Source: Botryllus schlosseri
Taxonomy: Eukaryota
NCBI GenBank assembly: GCA_051294905.1
Contig: CM119386.1
Coordinates: 15,252,001 to 15,316,000 of the forward strand
Direction of reading: 5' to 3'
DNA length: 64,000 bases
In this document: piece after piece, positions 53,401-62,400 of the stretch
How the letters are laid out: the number at the start of each line of letters is the position of its first letter
Position numbering within the stretch: the stretch's first letter is position 1
Program-made: the position numbers and the translations under genes
Notes under the pieces: generated by a model
What the model was told of the DNA's origin: nothing
Databases searched by the model: none
What the model saw: only the letters and a program-made list of their open reading frames with translations

Positions 53401-56400
53401 GCGACTCTTGAAGACAGGGAAATCGTGACGACGATAATTTTGAAGGCATTTCAAGGGCGTATTTTATCGAAAACCATGATCATTAATGACGATTCGGTGA
53501 GACTGACGCGGTATTGGGAAGGGACATTGAGAGTTGCGTGGCGTGAAATCACAAATGTCGATGGTCCGATTGACGTACCAGCACTTGAACGAATCAACGA
53601 TGTTCGCTGCGGAATTCATTTTCTTGCCTCCCTGATCGATAAAACGCTTCAAGGCGATAAGTTGCCGCAAATCGCCGAAGAATTTCTGAGTGTATGGGCT
53701 AGGCTGCTGACTGACGATGCGACACCTCATTCAGTAAAGGATTTTTTGATGAAAGTCGGATGTAAGAAGTATGGGAAACGGTGGCTGTTTCAACTAGCTG
53801 AAAATCAGGAATTGAAGGTAATTTTATTCACTTTTTGGTCGAGTAAGTTGTAAGTGGCAAACATGATAGTCTATAGTACAAAACTTAAGTTGGCATAATA
53901 TCCGTAAAAGCGTACAAAGTTAACTTTCATTTGTTTCAGATGTTCTATCCTATATGAACGTTAAATTACGAAGCTTGCAAGGCTTTGTTGGCGAATTAAT
54001 CTAATGTCATTATGAATGTGTTGATGTTATTGAGAACTAATGTACCTGCCTTCAATATTTTTCTAAATGGTTGAATTCACTAATATAATGTCGGATGTAC
54101 GCAATGAATTCATAAGCATTCAGTATGAGTGTGAAATTGCATAGTTTGCTAGGCTTGTTTTAGTGAATCCAAATAGGAACTAATGTATCTGTCTTCAATG
54201 TGTTTCAAGATGATTGAATTTGCTAATATAGGATGCACACAATGATTCAATAAGTCGAGATTTACTTAAATTCACAATGCAGATACGTTAATTCCGATTT
54301 TCATCAAATTATACATATCAACATTTGCTTAATCCAATAAGACAAGCCTATGTAATTCCCATCATATTATATCATCTTGGAAAATCTTGTTCACTGCTAA
54401 TTAGCATAATTCTTCATCTTTTATCTATTCATATTCAGATGCTGATCACACCCAGCCTCCGTCGAGCAGCTGAATCCTACTCAACAGATCATTGGGCCGT
54501 GTTGGGATACGATTACATTCAAATAAAATCGCAGCTTTACCGCCAACAGCCCGAAGATGCAGAAAGTTCGGTGGCCCAGATATGCGAAGCAAATTCCGGT
54601 GATGATCAGCTTTCTTCAATTTTGGCTGTTATGTACTGGAGTGAAAAGAAAACTTTGCAGGAAAAGACAAATTTAATCGACGTGCTTTGTCACAAATGTC
54701 AACGGTACGATAGCTTTCTTGCAATGCCCGTGCTAACTTTGCGCGACCTAATTGACAACTCTATCGACCATCAGCATAATGCAAACACAATATATCAAGT
54801 AACAGTGATCGCTTTGGCTGCTTCGAGTCCGAACAACATCCTGTCGGAGTTTGCAAAGATTATCCGTGACCCTATGTCAATTCTTCGGAGTTTTTTGCCT
54901 ACCATGCCCGAACACAGGTTCTTCGTGGTTCCCACCGAATACAGAGTGGAAGATCAAAACCGTAATTCCATGTACACGTGTCCAAATGGTCATTTGTATA
55001 GTATCGGCGATTGCACGCAGCCAGTTCAAGGCGCGTCTTGTCCTACGTGTAAGGAGAAAATTGGCGGTGTCGGCAATTACCGGGCGGCCGCTGGTAACGA
55101 GAAATTCACGCTCACACGGGAAAGTCAAGCTGGCTACAGATATAACGAGGACAAGGCCACGTATTCTAGCGGTTCGGAAAGGATGTCGTCTCAAGGGTGT
55201 GCTGCGACGAAATATATATTGCATTCCTGTCTTCTTGGTGCGTGTCTCGAGAATCGTGTGGATGTAGCCAGGTAACTTATCACCCTTAGGATTTCTGTCA
55301 AGCTGAAAATAGTTTTGGAATAGGTTTGCATCACTTTAATGAGGGTAAATAGGCTCTATGATTTCGAATAATTATTTACAAATTGCAATTCCGAAAGAAG
55401 CCACCTCCGAGTAGCTGCTAAAAGTATGCAAACCCTCGTCCAAATCATTACTAACTAGTAAGTTATGGTTCTATTTCTGTCTGAGTACCAACGCAACTGC
55501 TTTGGCCCTCTCTGCTTATGGCTTTGTTTTTAATATCACAGCTTACCTGATTACCCTTGTTCTCCCTTGTTGGGTTTCATGATTCAAGATGTTGTCTGTA
55601 AATATTCGGGTTCAAATTCCACTGGAAATTCCAAAATATTCCAACAACCACAATGCTTCCGGATGTATGGCTCATTTACCATCATTACAAACTGAGCACA
55701 GTACCAGATTTTACGGAATAGACTATTGTCCTTAGTTGCTACATTCTCTGAAACACACTTTTCTCAGGGTGTTGCAGCAAAGTCCTGACGAGGTTGTAAA
55801 CTTTGTTGTGAACGAGCTTCGTCAAAACATGGATGATCTTGCAAATGCATTAGCGCGGAATCCGGATGAAGCTGCATTGGTCATGCTGCGTGTCCTCCTA
55901 AACATCATCGATCAAGTATGCTCCTAAGTCTACTATTCAACTATGACTGTTTAATTGAGGACCTCTGGTTGTTTCAACATTCTCTAATTTGTTCATTTCA
56001 TTGGGTTAATTCCCATGCAATGGGTGCATTTGGTTTTTGTTTAATTGCAGTAATTATTCATAGTTAAATAGTAGTTCATAAATTATTTTATGATGCCAAT
56101 TTCCCTGTGTGAACAAAAGACCATGATTTTCAAATCCATGTTTATAAAATAGCCAAAGAATGGCATCACGTTCTTGGATATTTTGTTAAAATAAAAACTG
56201 TCTAATGGAAAAGTCATATCGGTTGAATTTCAGCGTGATCAGATCCACAATGAAAACTGGCAGACTCTGGAATCCAGGAGAGAATGGGAGCAGACGTTTA
56301 GGCGACAATATCTTCTTCCTGTATTTCAAGACGTGGCTGGATGTATTGAAAAATCAAAGCAAGATATGGCGGAAGACGAAGAAGCCGGAGCCGCCACCTT

Positions 56401-59400
56401 GACAAAGTAGGCTTTGAATAGTGATAGACAAGCATAGAAAATGTAGTGAGTAATCAGTTATGTCACATTTCCATGGGTGGTCAATACTGAAGCACTACTA
56501 TTTCTAACTACAATGATCTGAGTAGGGAGATATAATTATTTCAAGTAGTGGAATTAGACGCCCCTGTCCACTAAGAGCTTAATCATCAATGAGAATTATA
56601 GTTTCAATACTATATTTTCCCATTGTGGAAGCCTTCAAACCTCAGTCGGTCATACCGCAGCATAACGAATATGTAATGGGAAATGACGTTTCTATGAAGA
56701 TATGATCAAGCCACCACATAGACACAAAGTGCAATGGAATAGATATGGTTGAAATATTGCCAAATTCTCTTCAATGTGATGCAGAACCGATAATAAGTGA
56801 TACTTGACTTGAAGTTCTATTCAGAATCAAATCACATAGGTACTCAATTTTGCCCAGACCCATATCTAACAAAGAATTTTTCATGCTACACTTCCTGAAA
56901 ATTACTGGAAACGAAAGATGTTCCTTTCAAAATATTATTTACGTCATTCAAAGTTTTTGAATTGACTCTTGTCACGATAAATCATCAATGCAGACATAGG
57001 TAGTTGGTGGTGTTAGAAGTTAGTTATATGAAATGTGCCTACGGACTATGTACTGTTGGCGCTTACAATTTTGCTCACAAAAATTATGTGTATCAATTAG
57101 GAAAGTATGTTGAAAGTCTCCGGACATGGATTTGTTTCAAAAAATATTGATGTGTGTATAGTACACAAAGTGAACACATGGAAAAATTAGACATATCGCT
57201 GACCAGCTATGATTTTATGGAGATCTCCAGATCGTATCATCGCACCTTTGAAAATTCAGCTTGATCAACGAGATCGATGAAGCAGACGGAATGAACGAGA
57301 TTGACGAGGATTGGGAAGGCGAATGGGACTGGGACCATCCTTCTTTCTGGAGGATCATGGAGCATCACGACTCGAACCATCTGCGTCAGGTATTGGAAGA
57401 TTCCGCTCACAACTCTTCAGGTCAGTACATAATGTTAAGCATCTTCTTTTTATTTCCTCAATCATTGTATCTCATTATGATGTGGAAATATAGCGATGAG
57501 TTCTAAATGTGACAAAGAGACTGTAGTGAATGCTCAGAATTGTACATTGTTAATATATTGTCGATTATATACGGAACAACGTGACATTTTGTTTATGCTT
57601 TGTTTGCAGGGGATGTACTTCAGATCATCTTGAAGAATGCCGACTTGGAATTTGTCAAGTATCTCAAAGATATATTGACTCTGCAACAGCGAATGATAGA
57701 CAGGTTTCTGTCTAATATTTATTCAATATAATCGATAATCGCCAGATTATATTTTCATCTGAACAAAACAAACACAATGTACAATGCCATATACAAGACA
57801 CACTTTGCAATGCAATGAACAGATAGGAGGATGCTGAACGACCAGTTGCGGTCTCTTAAACTGGCATTCACCTCGGCCTAGTGCCCGATATCAATGTCCT
57901 TTTTTTATGTTCGTCTCTGTTCCGTGGCTCTTTCTTGCTTCTTCCATTCTTTGTGAGTGCGCACTTTCCTCCGGTCTTTTGTTGTCGCCGTAAGAACAGC
58001 GACGCGAGGGAAGAGGAGCCCAGAATAACCTCCAAAGCAGAATCGAACTCTGGGCGGTAGGTGCCTATCGTCACCACTACGCTATCTTCGCCGCAAATTG
58101 CAAACTATCAAATTTTTCGAGCCTGTTCATAGCCTGGATTGATATTTTATATAGCCAGAGGTAGACTGTAACAAAGCATTGCGAGTTTTTCCTATAAACA
58201 AGTACTACTTATTATGTACAATGAACATATTCTCTTTTAGAAATTCGTAACCCCTGTGCAATATATACCCTATATCACGTTCACAGATAATTGTTTTGAT
58301 AATTTACCAGTTCTTAGCAATATCGAATTTTCTGTGAGCAATCATCAAATGTATTGATTTATAAGTTACCACCTCAACATTCTGCCGTGTGCTGGATAAA
58401 ATCTTTCCGACGAATTCCATATTTTTTGCTTATTTGGCAGGTATCGCTATCGTTTGGATTTGGAAGAAGCAAATACAGCTTCATTGAAACAGCTTATCGG
58501 AGACTTGAACATTGAGGAAAGATTAATCGAGAGATACATTTCTGTGTGGAACCAAGTGAGATATTACAAATTTTTGAAGCATTACAATAGATGAGGTTTG
58601 GATACGATTGCTGTGATTTGTCGATATATATGGGGGGGGTTGCTGAGTTTTTAAGTGATCCGCATTGATTCATTGGTTATTTGATCATTACGAATCGTCA
58701 TCAAATTTTGTTTCTGAGAGCAGATCATGATATCTGAATGACTTAAACACTCACTTTAGTCTGCAATACAATACAATGTAGTTTTGTTCACTGCAAATTT
58801 CGAAAATTTGCTCAGTTACGTACATTTTGAAAGATATATATACGTTGAAAGGCATGAGTTGGTACAAATCTGTCTCAACACCGCCTTGCGTAGCGATATG
58901 AGTTGATATGTTAAATTTTTGATTGTTCAGCCACATGCCACGTCTTTTCAGATATATCCAAAGCTAAAGGCCGTCGCACCTGTTTTCTTGCACCAATTCA
59001 TGGAAGAAATCTCCATGGACAGCCCACTATCAATGGTATTACCGAGCTTGAGAGGAAGGGGACAGTGCGCCAAACTCCTGGCAGAATATTTGATCGAAAC
59101 CCAGAATAATTTCTTGGAGGAATGTGTTGCAGTCGTGAAGCCACAACAAAGGTAAAATTATCTCGCTGTTAAGTTAAAATTGTAGATGTCAACTAAGATA
59201 GCGTATTTAATACATGCATTTCAAGTCGTATCTAGTAGTAAACATATTAAATGCTTGCACAGTAGAGTAGAGTATAGTCAACACTGCATCTTGCATGACT
59301 AGAGAGTACACCGTTAACTGTGATCAGATGATGAGTTAAATCTTACATTTGCATTCGATTCCTATCCAAGCGATTTTGTAGGTTCAGGATTGTGATTTGG

Positions 59401-62400
59401 TCAAATTTCCATAGTATTCCAATCCATACTTGGATTTTGACCTCATCAATCTCGACAGTGTTGCCATCATGAATATATCATCCATGCTTCACTGTTATGT
59501 GTTAAACACTCCCTAAATCTCTTGTAGATACTGACGTTTTGTCACAATTTGAATTCTTTGCACGGATTTGTATTTTAGTTTGAGCGAAGTGGACATTCCA
59601 CAGATGAAGTCGTGCGACTATGTTTGCATTGATAAAAGCAAAGATTTGATCCGGTTGATCGACATGCATACGAGCTATAAGATCTGCGTGGATGAAGGAG
59701 GAAGACGTCACCAGATACAGTACAACGTGGAGGCTTTGGAAAAACAAGTAAGCTTTTGCACTGGGGAACTTCTTCCAGCATTTCAGTTCATTTATTTGAC
59801 ATTGTTATCTTCATGTTTTGCAAATTTTCAAATTGTGGAATCTTTTTTCCCCAGGTGAGAGAGAAGTACATTCTGAGCAAGAAACTGATTAAAAAGAAAG
59901 TAAGTAGACCTTTTATTCTCACAGCCAAAATGAAAATTTAAATACGGTTGGAGCAAAGAAGTGATGCTGTAGGCCAATTCTGACATCGCAGGCTCGTGGG
60001 GATCCCTAATTATGCCCATTTTTATCTGAATATCCCATAGTAACACATATACTCCCGTTTTCAAAAGTATATCTATAATAATCGTTTATAAACTCGAACA
60101 ACGTTTCACAGGCCCCTTACCAAGAGTTGAGTTCAAAACCAAATGACGCAATAATGTAGCATCAATAAAGATTGGAGTGTAGCAACAATGCAGCATATAG
60201 CAATGGGTAGCGTAAAACAATAGTGCGTACGTGAGATATGAAAAATACAAAAACAATTAGCGAATATGGTATTGCAGAAAAAATAACGGTTATCAAAACA
60301 AGGAAGGACAGCTACTTCACAACGGCATCCAGTGTGAAATCTTGAGACTTTATTCGTATACGCTATACCAGTGCTTTTCAACCTTTTTAAGCTCCATTCG
60401 CACTTTTTTTGTAAAATAAATTTCCTTCGCACAAACTAATCGAAAATTGTTATACAAAAATAAGATGAAGAATGAAGATACTTAACAACATTTTGTTCAG
60501 ATGTGTAACTTAAGCTATCAAGTGTCCCAATAAATAGGCAACTTTTTTCGCTCGTTTTCATTTCAATTATTTCACTAAAACCGTTCTCGGCCAAACAAGT
60601 TTTTAGGTTTGTACAAGAACATGAGGTGCAAAAACGATCAAGGAAAGTAGGCATATTGGAGCAACGGATCATAAAGTAGCGAGCTCTAACTTCTGTCTCG
60701 CGAGTTTATGAGACGAGCAAATATACTCACGAGACTGTGTTCTGCTCTTCAGCTCAATCTAACTTGAGAATTCATAACAGTTTAAAGCAGCTTTTAAACT
60801 ACCACCAAAATCTGAGTTTTTGTGGTATCTCGCGGCCCGAGCCTCACCCATGAAAAGGAATTCATTTTGAATATTACAGTTGTAAGCTACGATTTTGAGG
60901 AAATACATGACATACATAACGCGCACACCACAATTCTACCCACCACAGCTCTACGAAACATGTCTGACGCACGTGATTTCAAATTAGTGCAAATTAAATT
61001 CCTCTGCGTGTCGATGCTGTACTACTCCGATTGCAAAAACGGGACTATTCCGTACCGACAACGGAGCATATCCATATCGAAAGGTTTGGCCATCCAGCAT
61101 CGGTCATTTTTAGACCAAGGTTTTGTCGCCGCTTATGTTTTTGACACCGCTTTTTATCAGCGTTTTGTTGGCCAAAACTTTACGTCTTCATGTGCCCCTA
61201 CGCAGAAGGGGTTGGCTCAAAATGATAGAGTATCATATGCCTGAACTCGCTCGTTGCACACGCTAGTTCGTCCCAACGGTCTTCGACCTTGTTTTCCAGA
61301 AAAACCAGTCGGACAAATCTTATCATGAATTCTCACGATAAACCCATATTTTCTGCGTGTCTCGCTGATTGGCTACAGTACTCAACACAGTGCCTTGGAT
61401 ATGAAAAACCTCGCGCAGGATTTTTTGCAATAAATTAAACAAATATTACATACATACAGATAGCTCTGGCACCGTGTCGACCCAAAATTATATACCCGTT
61501 GCGGTCCATACTTAAATACCTGAAAGGGTAAAAATTTGCGTTACAGTATCTTGCAAATGGGAGTCTGTAATGATTGTATGTATTGCGAAAATGTACTGGC
61601 TGGATTGATATCGGACAGCGACAAATATCTGCTATCCTCGTGCCTCGCGCTAATCGAACAGTTATTACGAAAATGATGATTGTTTAGCGAATTGAAGCAG
61701 AAAGTCAATTTGACGTCATACACTACGGCTTGTGAGAGCTACGATTAGCGTTAAGTTAGACAAGTTTTTGCAATTGCGTCGCCACTACAAAAGTTACACT
61801 GACCTTAAATTTCCTATTAGGTTTATTTGAATTATTCCAAGTCAGAAAAATTAACAATTATTCACGATTTTCATTCGCACTTGATCCGGAATTTCATTCG
61901 CACTCTTCGCACCACCTTCGTCGTTCGCACTGCAATTATTTTCATTCGCACAAGGGCGAACCGTCACACAGGTTGAAAAGCACTGCGCTATACAAACATA
62001 TACTCCGGTTGAATATTGCCGTTGTTGATTATGGTTATTTTACAATTACCTGCATGATTTGTGTCCGTGTATTATCATATGTTGTCATCTATTTTCACTG
62101 TTCAGACTCTTCCCTATATGAAGTATTCACAAGATGTTGGTATCGGAACCGATTGGCAGGCAGTAAAGTCATCCATTCCGCAAGTGAGTGTTGGGTTTGC
62201 TTGCTTTCGATTCAAGGTTCAGTGACTTGTAATCTTGTTGGATATCTTTCCAGATTCCTCTCTCGGCAATGCTTCAGCAGAAATTGGATTCGAGCGTCAA
62301 CTGCGTACACTCGTCCGATATTTGTGAGGCAGTGAGAACCCTAACCAATGCCATTAGTTTTCTTGCTATGGTAAGTTGGTTAGCCAGAGTGTGAAAATCA

